Shown piece after piece: positions 12,130 to 24,153 of a stretch of 64,000 nucleotides of DNA (positions within the stretch are counted from its first letter, which is position 1; each line of letters opens with the position of its first letter). The translations under genes were made by a program, and so were the position numbers. Source of the stretch: Eledone cirrhosa. Its lineage: Eukaryota. The notes under the pieces are model-generated. The model saw only the letters and a list, made by a program, of their open reading frames with translations. It was not told the DNA's origin and searched no databases. The stretch lies in NCBI GenBank assembly GCA_964016885.1, contig OZ024740.1, forward strand, positions 254,386,001 through 254,450,000, given 5' to 3'.

Positions 12130-13625
12130 ATGACTGTAGCAGCATTATCATCAACTGTTACAAGGGCAAAGGAGACACCCTGGATAAAGGAAACTATAGA
12201 GGCATTAAATTAGTTGACCAAGTCATGAAAGTCACAGAAAGAGTTATTACTCAACTGATTAGAGACCAAATTGATCTAGATGAAATGCAGGTTGGGTTTG
12301 TGCCAGGTAAAAGTACCATGGATGCTCTTTTCCTTGTATGGTAATTACAGGAGAAGTACCTAGCTAACAGTAAACCCCTCTATTTAGCTTTTGTTGACCT
12401 GGAGAAGCCCTTTGACAGAGTCACATGCACCTTAATCTGGTGGGCTCTTAGAAAACTAGGAGTGGAAGAATGGTTTGTGAGAGCTATACAAGCCATGTAT
12501 CAGTCAGCAAGGTTAGAATTAACAATGAATATAGTGATGAATTTAGCAGGGGTTCACCAAGTCTCTGTCCTTAGCCCATTCCTGTTTATTATTGTCCTCC
12601 AGGCTATAACAGAAGGGTTTAAGACTGGCTACCCATGGGAACTTCTATATGCAGATGATCTAACTCTCATAGCTGAATCCATGGCTGAACTAGAGAAGTT
12701 CCAAACATGGAAGTATGGCCTAGAATCAAAAGGCGTTAGTCAACTTGTCTAAGACTAAGGTTCTAGTATGTAGAAAGGAGAATAGGGCACAGGTACCCTC
12801 TGGGAAATGGCCATGCTCAGTGTGTAAGAAAGGAGTAGGTAGAAACTCCATTCTATGTCCAAAATACAAACTATGGGTACATAAAAGATGTGGGATTGCA
12901 GGTAAGCTATCTAAGAACGTAGATTTTATATGTGGCCGATGCTCAGGTGCAGTAAGTAGCAAGGGCCCACACGGTACTAGTTCCTTCTACTGCCCAGATG
13001 GTTCTATAGAAATAGTAGACATTTTCTGTTACCTGGGAGAAAAAATCAGCAGTGGAGGAGGGTGCTCTGAAAGTGTAGTAGCCAGAGTTAGAGCAAGATG
13101 GAAAAAGTTCAGAGAGCTGATACCGCTGTTGGCCACAAAGGGTTTTTCTCTAAAAGTGAAAGGCAGATTGTATGATGCTTGTATACGAATGGCGATATTA
13201 CATGGTAGTGAGACCTGGGCGTTGTGTGCTGAAGACTTGTGTAGATTAGAAAGAAATGAAGCTTGCATGTTCCGATGGATGTGTAATAGTAATGTGTGCG
13301 AAAGGCGAAACAAACGAATTGAGAGAGAGACTAAGCATAAGAGGTATCAAATGTTGTGTTCTGGAGAGGAGATTGCGTTGGTATGGCCATGTGATGCATA
13401 TGAAGGACGACAGCTGTATAAAAAAGTGCAGGGCAATGAAAATTGATGGAAGTTATGGAGTGGGTAGACCAAGAAAAATCTGGGACGAGGTGATAAAAAC
13501 TGACCTTGCTCACTTACACCTCTCTAAGACATTGACACTGGATCGAGACCTTTGGCACCATGCAGTTGTACAGAAGACCCGACTGCCATTGTATACAAAC
13601 CTACAGTCAGTAGGCACCTCTTAAC
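12130..13625 (+). mobile_element. 5'-truncated, frameshifted RTE-clade LINE (RT and C-terminus) in a CHAF1B intron
   Basis: RT motifs YKGKGD...NYRGIKL, QVGFVPGKSTMDA, AFVDLEK, GVHQ-x-SVLSPFLF, LLYADDL, YLG and RLRWYGHV...GRPRKIW are spread across frames with stops. Confidence 0.92.
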
Positions 13626-14179
13626 CCAATGTACACCCCACTCCACACACTCTACCCTATCTTCCCTTTCCTGTTCCGTCCACTATGTCGATGACACAAC
13701 AGTCCACACTGTAAGGTGGCCATGTAGGGGACACGGTAAAAGGGCGGCGGCGGTTTTACAACATTGTTACTTAATTATAGATATCTAAACACTGTTTTGT
13801 CTATCTAATGTAGTTATTTCTCCCCCTCTCTCCCCTCTCTTTATTTCCTTCCCTCTCTGTCTCTCATATCAAACATATTGTTGACATATTTTACTATCAC
13901 ACACACACATTCACACACACACACATACACATACACACTTTATTACTATTTACATGCACATCACACACACTACTACTATTTACATGCACATCACACACAT
14001 ACACCTAACCTATTCACTTCACACACATCACACACACAGGTGATGAAATGTTTTTTCTGTGTATTTATGTAATGTATGTCTATTTGTAATGTATGCTTTC
14101 TATATTTCTATATGTTTATATGTAATGTATATCTTCTATATTTATGAAATATGTCTTTTATATTTAATTCTATGTTTAG

Positions 14180-14498
14180 GTCATGTGATGGCAATGTTCT
14201 AGTGGTGTCCTCCACAGATGGTTACTGTTCAATCGTAACATTTGAAAAAGGTGAGATAGGTGAGCCCTATACACCTGACAGCCATGTACACACCCCTCTT
14301 AATGGCAGTGACATTAGTGAAGTAAAAGACCAACAACAGGATACTTCCCACAACACAACAGCTTTGTTTGACTCTAGTTCACCAATGGAGGTTGATGAAA
14401 AACCAAATGATACCGTCCTCAATGATGAGCCTTCTCACCTGAATAATGGCTTCTCCTCTCCAAAATCTCTCCCCTCCACAGATAAATCCAAAAGCAAG
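14180..14498 (+). CDS. CHAF1B: CHAF1B penultimate exon (last WD repeat and start of disordered tail)
   Basis: tag|G...AAG|gtaatt. Encodes WSCDGNVLVVSSTDGYCSIVTFEKGEIGEPY, containing the conserved SSTDGYCS motif. Confidence 0.93.
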
Positions 14499-14761
14499 GT
14501 AATTAATTGTGCATTTCATAACTATTTTTACTCTTTTACTGGTTTTAGTCATTGTACTGTGACTATTCTGGAGCATCCTTATTAACAAGCACCTTTTTCT
14601 TTGGTGAAGCCCTGATAAACCTTTTCAGGTTTATCAGGGCTTCACCAAACTTTACACGTTTGTTTTTATTAATATTGTACTGTCCTGTATTGTCTTTCGT
14701 GTTTTCTTGATGTGAGGCTAATAAAGAAATCATTATTTTTATTATTTATTTTCTATTTCAG

Positions 14762-15289
14762 AATATGTCGTTGATTGCTCCAAGTGAAATTGATACATGT
14801 AGTACAGACTTTAGCCTAATTTTAGAGACATCATGTGATGCTTCTTCAGTTATTGATAAATCCAGTGGCACTAATTCCACAACATTGGCCAAGTCTAATA
14901 ACAGAAGCAGCCTTGGTTTCCCTGCAACAGAAGCTTCTACCAAATCTAGTCCCGATATGGCAAGATCTCCAAACACTAAAGTAATGACAATAAACATAAG
15001 ACAGGAAAATAATGAACTGAAGAATCAGGAGACAAAACCAATATCTTTTGTATCTCCTTCTAACAAGTCTGACACTTCTAACTCAACCTCCTCTTCAAGC
15101 AGTTCTTTTATAACTACAAATACCAGCCCTGCTACCAGTAAACTGACCAATTTTAGTTCCTCAGAGGAGGGCGAGAAAATTAAAAATTCTAGCCTTGCTA
15201 CCAGTAAACTGACCAGTTCCTCAGACCAGAGTGAAAAACCTAAAAGACGTATTCAGTTTACTACTTTGTCTCTTCTGAAGCCTAAATAA
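14762..15289 (+). CDS. CHAF1B: CHAF1B terminal coding exon, S/T-rich tail with B-domain-like motif
   Basis: Phase-0 acceptor (tttcag|AAT ATG), open to TAA at 15289. Ends KPKRRIQFTTLSLLKPK, matching the KRRI-x-x-T-x-L ASF1-binding B-domain-like motif of p60. Confidence 0.85.
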   Translation, partial: NMSLIAPSEIDTCSTDFSLILETSCDASSVIDKSSGTNSTTLAKSNNRSSLGFPATEASTKSSPDMARSPNTKVMTINIRQENNELKNQETKPISFVSPSNKSDTSNSTSSSSSSFITTNTSPATSKLTNFSSSEEGEKIKNSSLATSKLTSSSDQSEKPKRRIQFTTLSLLKPK

Positions 15290-15390
15290 ATTGCATTATT
15301 CTATCTTCACCTTGTTTTTTTTTCATATATAATAATATTTAATGATTGTACAGTTTTTTGTGTTTGTCTGTCACACAAACATTATGATGT

Positions 15391-15396
15391 AATAAA
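15391..15396 (+). promoter_or_regulatory. candidate polyadenylation signal of CHAF1B
   Basis: AATAAA ~100 nt after the stop codon. Confidence 0.45.
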
Positions 15397-15861
15397 GTGG
15401 TTCTAAAATTTATATTTAAAAATCATGGAACAACGTGGTGGTGGTGGTGGTGGGGTTTCAAATGTTTTTAAATGTTTTCATTTGTGCCAGAAGTCAGCTT
15501 AACATCCATGAAACCAGAATGAGCTCTGGGCTCCATTCAATACATGTAAGCATAGAAAAATAGACATAGGGATGTAAAACAAGGGTACCGTATTTCCTGG
15601 CATAGAAATCATTTTTTTTTTGTTTTGTTTTTTTCCCAAAAGACACGACAACCTCCCTAGTGCTGGTGTCATGTTAAAATGCACCAGGCTCGTACTCTAG
15701 AGTGTAGGAACATATATGCTAGCAAGATGTAGCTCAACTGAAAGGTCTGTTATTCTGATTATGTACTGATTTGGTCTCTGACAACATGTCCAAATGTCCA
15801 ACTCTTACTAGTAAGGAAAACGGATGTTAAATGTTAATTAGGATGATTGTGATATATATAT

Positions 15862-16375
15862 ATAGTAATAATAATAAATCTGAAGACTAAAATCCAAAGA
15901 GGGCTTATATAAGGATTATATATATATAAAAATATATAAAAACTGTACAGCAAATATTTATTAAAATAACAGATTAAAGTTTAAGCAAAGAATCGCTGCT
16001 TTCACCTTAACGGGATCTTCTGAAACTAAAAAAAATCAATCTGTGGACGCAGAAGTAAATATTTCGAAAAACGTTACAACCGAAGGAAAACAGGAAGACG
16101 ATATTCTGGTTCGTGAAGACGTTCCCTGGCAATGAATGGAAAAAAAAGTGGGGATAATTACGCCGTTTGTGGAGCGATGAGAACAATTAGACGCAAAGAC
16201 AAAAAAAAACAAAGAATTTTAGTCTAATGACTCCATTTATACCATAAACGTGGTTTTGTTTTTTTGTCTTTGCGTGAACTTGTTCTCATTGCTCCACATA
16301 ACGACGTATTACTTCGCTTTTTCCCCATTTATTGCCAGAAACGTCTTCACGACCCAAAGTATTGTCTTCCTGTTT
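15862..16375 (-). mobile_element. PLE pseudo-LTR fragment with internal inversion
   Basis: 15862-16210 is homologous to 29700-29985 and to the reverse complement of ~31280-31520. 16088-16212 and 16255-16375 form diverged inverted arms. Confidence 0.7.
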
Positions 16376-16379
16376 GGTA

Positions 16380-19060
16380 AAAGTGGCTAGAGTCTTTCAT
16401 GGGAACGTCTCACTCTTTACTGATAGCGGGGGAATGGGCTGGCATCATGGATACCCGTTGGGACTATGTAGGGGCATGTGATAATAGATGTGGGGGTGTA
16501 ACAGCCCCCAAAATCTAATCAGCCAATTCCAATTGGCTGATAGATATCGACTAGATTTACCAAATTCACCACTGGGCGTGGAGTAACCGCACTGGGTCGT
16601 CTAGATCGTATTTAGATAGATTCCTAGTTAGATTAACTGATAGGGATACCATAAGCTGTGCACAAATGCACATGGTCGCCTATTCAGACCACATTAGTGT
16701 AAAGGAATTAGCAAAGTAGTTAGACGCCAGTTAACGGGGATCATCGTCAACAACAGGTGGTGGTGCTCTCTCTCTCTCTCTCTCTCTCTCTCGAGAGAGA
16801 GAGAGAGCAATTAGAGTAGAATTAGTAGTCTTTAGAAAAGTGGTAGCTCTAGAGAAGGATAAAACAAGGAATTAGTAGCCAAAGTAGAAGAGGCTCTTAG
16901 GAAGGGCAGTACAACTGACGTACTAGTGGCGAGAACGGCACTAGACCAGTTCTTCCATGCGAAACAGGAAGGTTGTATTGTCAGAAGTAGAACACGTGCT
17001 CTAAGAAACAGGAGCAAAAACGGTTGGCTGGGCCTGAGTGGCAGAGGCAAACAGTGGCAACAAAGCCCCAATTCGGTTTTTGGAAAACCAAGATGGACGC
17101 GTGATACGTGAATCCATGTGTGTGACTTTCCGGTGGCAGTTTGCACAACTGTTCGGGCATGGATGCAGAGTGTTGCGTAAGGCCGATCACAGCGGGTAAA
17201 TACAAAACGCCATAGGCAACTGTGGGAGGCGCAAATCTTCTGGTTTGGATGGTCTAACCTATGAGTTTTATGTAGGCATGTTCTCTGACATCCTCAAAGT
17301 GGTCTACTTCAACTGGCAGCAGAATGGGAGAATTCTCAGTTCTGTAAGCTAGGGTGTCACACTGATCAAGAAAGTTGAGAACAAAGGGAATACCATAAGG
17401 GTTATTCGATATCAAATCACCCAGTTTCAGAAAAATTTCTCAGATTCCCCTGAAGAAATTCTAGCTCCTGTACCTATATGATGGAAAAATATCAAGTATT
17501 AGGTCAATATCTTTGATAGTTTTGAAATCGTAGGCCTTTAAAATATTAATTATACATTTTCTTCCGAACGAGTCTCTCGGACCAACTTGAGAGAGCCATT
17601 TTCCCTCTAATATGGCAAGCACAACTTTGAAATCATATATTTGGGGCTAACTTTTTCGGTAGTGTTCAAATATCTTATCAAATCAAGTGTATTTTGTATA
17701 TTTTTCCATCTACAGGCCTCTAAAAATTGCCAAGAATTAAACATACAGCAAATGTATGCCTTTTTTAGGTATTTCTATCTCAATAGGTACACTAGATAAA
17801 GCGACCATAATTGTTTTTCTATTACTTAGCATATAGTAGGCCATTTCTGAGCAGTAACCATGTTAGTTACTATTATGGGAGCGTCAGAATAAGTTTTTGA
17901 AATACGTGCGATTTCAAAAAATGTCCATCTGAACCCCTTAGTTGACCATGTGGGCAGTTCACTATCGTTTTCAAATTTTTACCATGCATTTTTATACTTC
18001 TGAAGATGATGTGACAGAAATTGGTTTTGTTGCTGAGCTTTCTTTCAGAGTTGTGAATTTTTAGAATTTCAGTTGTCAGCGATCAACTTATTCATAAAGT
18101 ATGGATCTAAAATAGGATATTGCATGCCTGTGAACGGTGTCCTGGGAAAGAGGCATTACAAGAGTATGCCGTGTCTGATGATGTGCAAACACGCGCTGAG
18201 GCTACGCCATCTCCAGGTGTTCTTGACCGGTGAACCGGTGTAGTAGTCGTTCGTGAGATAAACTTTTCCACAGCTCGTCTCGCTAACAGAGCTGTAATCC
18301 TGGGTTAAGTGAAGACCAAAAATGGGCGCCTGGCATCTAGAGTGCGCTCAGGCGCTCACAGTCGGAAAAGAAATCAGTGGAAACGGAATCAATGGAAACT
18401 CCACGATAACATTCTATAGGGGATTAGTTGAGAATAAGTGCGATGACATTCTCGGGGAGACTGAGCGTCAAAGAGGACAAACTGACTGGTCAGTTTATTT
18501 CGGAGGACTTTCGGTCCAGGGTCTATGAATAACTTCTAGAGGCCTTGCAGTGCTTCCGAGAAAACCTATAGGTACGGACGCCCTGGCAGGGATTCTACCA
18601 AAAAGGCCTGTCTCAGATGTGAGCAGAACATCGAAACCATTCTGCACGCAATTGTTCAGTGTCCAGGAGATACCAGCCTGTTGAACAGCTACTGTCACGT
18701 GAGATGAATCCAGTTGTAAACCGAGTCCATCGTGAGGATTGCCCCGCCGCCTTCATTTAACACAGAAGGAGAGGCAGTTTTCCTCTGCCCAGTGGTTATT
18801 TCGAAAGAAGTGATATGGTGGACGAGACTGAAAGGACTGAGGGGAAACACCTTCCTCTCCGGACTCATCCCCTTCTTTAAATACCTCTTCAGAAGGAAGG
18901 TGAGGGTGGAGGGAGAGGTTCTGTACCCCAGTAAATTCGCTGAAAGGTGGGTGATTGTGACTAAAATGGCCCGAGTGAATGGTCTTTTCTGTATATAAAT
19001 CAGCAAGTTGAAGAAGACAAAATAGAGAAGGCAGGAGCACTTACAAAACATGCTCCTGAT
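16380..19060 (+). mobile_element. heavily decayed L1/Tx1-clade LINE ORF2 remnant, interrupted
   Basis: APE-endonuclease end SRSYLDRFLV...YSDH (~16570-16690), RT N-terminal G-x-DGLTYEFY (~17245) and C-terminal CLRC...ETILHAIVQC zinc knuckle (~18610-18665). An unrelated AT-rich insert sits at ~17400-18130. Confidence 0.75.
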
Positions 19061-19324
19061 GTTGAGAGTTGTTCTATCTACGGGGTGTAAATCAACCCCG
19101 CAGTAACGTCCCCCACTATTCGGGATTTCGATTGTTTATTTCAATTTTATAACTGTTAAATTTATTTATACGCTTACATGTAAAACTCTGCCATCACGTT
19201 TTGTAATGTGTGTGTGTGTATGGGGGGGGGGGGGGGACTTGGAACCTAACTTAAGTTATATATGATCATGATGATGTTATATGTATGTATATATGCAGAT
19301 ACATATGTATATATATATACATAT

Positions 19325-19820
19325 GTCAGGTCGCTCTCGAGTGTTACTGGTAACATGTAACCCAGTACAAACTGTCTCATGATCGGGTCGTCGGCGACTA
19401 AGCCGGCAACCCCACCACGCTTGCTTGGTGAGGAGGGTGATATTTGGACAACCCGTGGGATGAAATACAAGACCCGGCAAAGGGTGGAGGAACTCAGCAT
19501 AGTCAACGGCCATCCATATAGTACTTTTTTTTCCTGGGAGGCCCCCAGTTGTTGTCACAACACCTTTCTAAGAGAGGAGAACTCTGAAAAAGACCTGCGG
19601 CTTTGGAAGCATCCGATGATGACCAGTTCTCCTTTTCGGGTAGTGTTTTCATTGCTCAGAGAGTGGGATTGGTCGAGTGCAAGGCCTTTCCCCACTTAAA
19701 AAAACTTCAAAGCACAGGCATTGCTTGTTTAGGATATGTTACAGGTTCGTGTGGCTGGCCGTAGCCTTAAAGTGCACCAAGCTCTGTAACCTGACAAGCG
19801 ATTGCAATACTTTTAGCAGA
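19325..19820 (+). mobile_element. probable RTE-type LINE 5' UTR fragment
   Basis: GC-rich non-coding repeat with a second diverged copy at 9690-10050. Family assignment rests on recalled resemblance only. Confidence 0.4.
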
Positions 19821-19864
19821 GTTTGAAGCCATCATATATACATAGATATGACGTGACACGCATT

Positions 19865-21649
19865 TGTTAGCTATATGTGTCTGTCTTTCTTATAGTATGT
19901 AGAGTTAATTACCTTAGTATTCTATCTGTATGGCTGTCTGTCTGAATTTCAAGATATATATAACAGGTGACTGGGGTTGTATGAATATTACAAGAGACTC
20001 GGTTGTATGTACAATATTTATTTAACAAGGTTGAGTTATGTAGAGCAGACATGCCAAGAGAGATGAAAGGATGAATTAAAGTTAGTTGTTTACCCTTTTT
20101 GAAGTCAGCGCGCATGAGACCAAGAGGTCTTTTCATTACCATGTTCAGGTTGCCAGAGAGTATATCCTCGGCGGAAGACGCCTGGCCGAAGGGCCAGGCA
20201 GGTTAAAAGAGAGGGAGATAGCTTTCAGCTATCTCCTTTATAGGGTTCCCTGGACGGAAGCGACAAAGAAGGTTCTGCCACCTCAACGGGAAGTAACTCC
20301 AGCTACTTCCTGCCTAGAGAGCGCTACTGGTGATGTGATCGTCAAACAAGGGAGGCAACTCTTGCTACATTATCGCCCGCCAGATTTTTAAAACATAAAA
20401 ATCGAATGAACCATGTATGAAGTAAGATGGCGAGCATGTAACACCAAAGTCCAGGCATGAAAATTACAAAAAAATAATGTTTGCAATAAAAGGAAAACAG
20501 CAAAATATAAGCATGCAAAAATTAATGATATATATCAAGGTAGCCAACCGCTCTTGGCCAGGACGACTGGACATCTATCTATCCATCACACAAAGATACA
20601 ATGTAATCAATCTAAAAGAAGAGGTCAAAGGAGCAAAGAAACGTGCTCGAACATAGTTATTAAAAAAAAGGTTCAAATGTTCAAAATACAGTTCACAGGT
20701 GTGCAATCACATGACAGCAGGAAAGAGAGTGTGTTCCAGAGAATGTATGCAGGTGGTTTCTGGTCTGTGGTACAACGTGAAATTCCCAACCTCGGAAGGC
20801 GGTGAGACTTTCTCACAGGAAGAGGGCTGCAAAAATAAATTCTGTTTTGTTCTGCTGGCTTTGGTTGTTGATAAAGCAAAGATGAAGCTGTGTTGTTGTT
20901 GTCTCGCGGAGTGAGCCTATTCGATGTTGTTTCCGTTCACAGTAAAAAGTTTCCCAGAAAAAATGAGTTGCGCAAAGTGCTAGAAATAACAGCCAAAGTT
21001 GAGGGTCGATGTTGAGAACGCGTTGACCTGGAAGGGTCAAGAGGCTAGCGACCAAAGAAATAAGCATTCTGAATAAATGCAGTTTTCAACGGCAAATTTA
21101 CGTGGTAAATTTTTAAACCGGCAAAATAGGAGAATATAGCTTAAGGCTGGAGAATCCTTGGCAAGAAACATTATCTATGGCGTGTGTTATCCCAGTGAGT
21201 CGGGATGTGTGCTCCCACACGTGCCGAAACAAGTTGAATAAAAAATATTTCTATTGCGCGAGAAAATGGCGCAAAAATGATAGTGCAACAGGTCGTTGGT
21301 AGCCATTTTGAAAAATTTGTGTGTGAACGTGATAATATGATGAAAAAGATATATATGGCGAGAGTTCAATTTTTTATTTTTTTGAAAGTGATGAAAAAGT
21401 AGCGACATTTAAACGATGTAAACACGTGAGGTGAAAAGCGAGTATAGCCTCGGCGGAAGACGCCTGGCCGAAGGGCCAGGCAGGTTAAAAGAGAGGGAGA
21501 TAGCTTTTAGCTATCTCCTTTATAGGGTCCCTGGACGAAAGTGCAAAGAAGGTTCTGCCACCTCAACGGGAAGTAACTCCAGCTAATTCCTGTCTAGAGA
21601 GCGCTACTGGTGATGTGATCGTCAAACAAGGGAGGCAACTCTTGTTACA
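19865..21649 (-). mobile_element. internally deleted LTR retrotransposon (3' LTR ~19865-20369, partial 5' LTR 21440-21649)
   Basis: ~210-bp direct repeats at 20158-20369 and 21440-21649, both starting TGTA on the minus strand with a CCTATAAAGG TATA box. Purine-rich GGCGGGCGATAA lies immediately before the 3' LTR. AATAAA occurs in the LTR extension. Confidence 0.6.
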
Positions 21650-22159
21650 TATATTTATTGTCTGATTAAATAAAAACACACTTTCCATGATTATTCTTTA
21701 CATATATATGTGAATATATATATATGTATAGTATATATCTATGTATATATATGTGTATACTCTTAATTTCTCTTACTCTCTCTCTCCCTCTCACTATTTC
21801 ACTCAATCTCTATCTCTTGGTCTCTCTCTCCCAATCAAGCCAGTGAAGTTCACGAAGTTTTCTTGGCAAATAACGTCCACAAATCTTGCGTACTTTTCGT
21901 ATAGCTTCGGCGTGAGCTATTTTGGTGTTATCGTGGTTCATTTATATATATTCATTTTCTGCGTGATCAAGGATCTATCATATCATCATAATCTTAATGA
22001 ACACTTACTCACTTACCTGCATCACATAACAGTGACCACACCACACAGCAAGCTACGAGTGAGCACACATGAAACAAACGAATCAACACCACAACACAAT
22101 CATCTACCAACACAACAACCAAATTATTGCTATATATACATATATATATGTATAAATGG

Positions 22160-22230
22160 TTCCTTCTGATGAGCGATATCCGACGTTTCTGTTAGAATCG
22201 TCTAACTTCGTGAAACCTTAGGTAATGGAA
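22160..22230 (+). ncRNA. type I hammerhead ribozyme motif at the end of a PLE-like tail
   Basis: ttcctt-CTGATGA-gcga...tcgt-GAAAC-CTTAG-GTA-atggaa. Canonical core, near-palindromic stem III (ACCTTAGGT) and GUA cleavage triplet. Confidence 0.75.
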
Positions 22231-22257
22231 TAATTATATTGTGTTGTTTATTCTATA

Positions 22258-22323
<66 letters not shown>

Positions 22324-23448
22324 CGAGATCTGTCCGCGCCTTGAACCTTGGGTGACACCTAACGGTCAACACCCTTTTGGTGTCAACAGGTTGATGTGTT
22401 GACTATCCCCTCAAGGTGGGAGACAGGAAGTGACAGCTATATATAGAGCCTGTACCATCCTACTTTAGCCAGAGACATCGGAGCATTAGGCTAGCAACTA
22501 ACTATGTAAGGATTCACTGATATCAACAGACCCCAGTGGTCTACAGCCAGAGACATCGGAGCACCCCACTACAGAACAAGCTATGTGAAAGATTCACCAC
22601 TATCAACAGACCCCATGAGGTCTACAGATGCACACAGAGATTGGAGCCCTACTACTACAGACCATGTACAAGCCACAGTGGTCTACAACCAATTACAGAC
22701 CATTCAGAGGTATACAAACCATTACTCTTTCTCTCACTCACTATGGTCTCAACTATTACCACCGACTCCAACAACAACAACATAATCTGTTCGCAGGCTG
22801 TTTTCACATCAGCAACAATAACAACATTAACAACTCTTGGTAACTGTTTTATATGGACTTTTTAATTGATTCACGTGAAGTAAACCACATATAAACCAAA
22901 TCATTTATTCTTATTATTATTGTTATTTCATCTAATAACCATGTTACCTTATCTAACATCTAACAATCGTATTAATCAATTTAACATTTGCTTATTTTTA
23001 CCCTACGTTAAATATATATATATATATATATTTATTTATATAAGAATAAACGGGCTGTGTAGTTGGTGGATAAGGAGTACTTATAAAAAGAGGAAAGCAA
23101 GAACGGGAGAAAATTTTCCTTCATCAGTTGACTGCTGGGGGTCTTGGACATTTCAACACATTAAAGACAATATGTCTCACACCAGGATGCTATTGGAAAA
23201 AAAAAAGATATATATAATAAGTTGACGGCAGTAGCAAGTACCGGTTGCATCACAGCATCACAGCATACTCAATAGGTAATGATATGTAAAATTCCAGAGT
23301 AGACATAGTTATTCGCTTCAATACATCACATGTAAATGGGTACTTTCAAAACTATACCCGCACTCGAGTTTCGGACACATTTAATGTAGCAATAGAGTGC
23401 ACAGCTTCCACTGTCTGCATTTATTATGCAACAATCAGCGCATGTGGC

Positions 23449-23510
<62 letters not shown>

Positions 23511-23585
23511 GAAGGAGTTGTGGTAAGGAACCAGATGGACCATAACGCACCAGAGTACTCAATACTTAGGGTAGTAGAGTGGGTA

Positions 23586-23676
23586 ATAGGAACATGTATG
23601 ACCCCGACGGCAGAGCTCAAGCCGTCTCGACGGCTATTTCTCCAGAAATAGCCGTCGGGGTCATACATTTTCCTAT
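23586..23676. repeat. branched inverted repeat (cruciform)
   Basis: Outer arms ATAGGAACATGTATGACCCCGACGGC / GCCGTCGGGGTCATACATTTTCCTAT, with nested alternative hairpins. Confidence 0.85.
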
Positions 23677-23806
23677 ATATATATATATATAGGAAAAAAA
23701 AAAATATATATATATATATATATACGTGTGTATAATGGTAGCTATGGCGCTTCCATAGGCGGTATGCCAAAATTAGCACTCAATATTCTTACAGAGCAGA
23801 GTGTGA

Positions 23807-24099
23807 ATAGTATCAAAAAACGAAAAATCAGTGATGCATCTGGACTCAGTTTATTGCGTGTTACAATTGTTTCGCCGGCAGGTAGGTCGAGACATGATCA
23901 CTGTATGGATCTGGCTGATTTTCACATGAGTGAGAAAATTTGCTCCGAAATAATTGCATGTGTCCGAAGGAACCTGCAGCCGTAGAATCAGCCAGATCCA
24001 TACAGTGATCATGTCTCGAGCTACCTGCCGGCGAAACAATTGTAACACGCAATAAACTGAGTCCAGATGCATCACTGATTTTTCGTTTTTTTATACTAT
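23807..24099. repeat. foldback with ~110-bp arms and 65-nt spacer, derived from a PLE hammerhead tail
   Basis: 23807-23920 is the near-perfect reverse complement of 23986-24099. The arm contains CGAAACAATTGTA (hammerhead 3' half). Confidence 0.9.
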
Positions 24100-24153
24100 A
24101 TATATATATATGGAAAACGAAGAATCAGTGAAGCATCGGAACACAAATTTATT

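Noticed and set aside
17396-17940. DNA transposon (Kolobok-like) inserted in the Tx1 remnant
   Set aside because: Only a weak TAAGGG...CCCTTA terminal match; boundaries are not supportable.
22322-22986. Solo LTR with TATA box and short ORFs
   Set aside because: Composition is LTR-like, but I could not fix termini or a target-site duplication, and the ORFs have no recognisable motifs.
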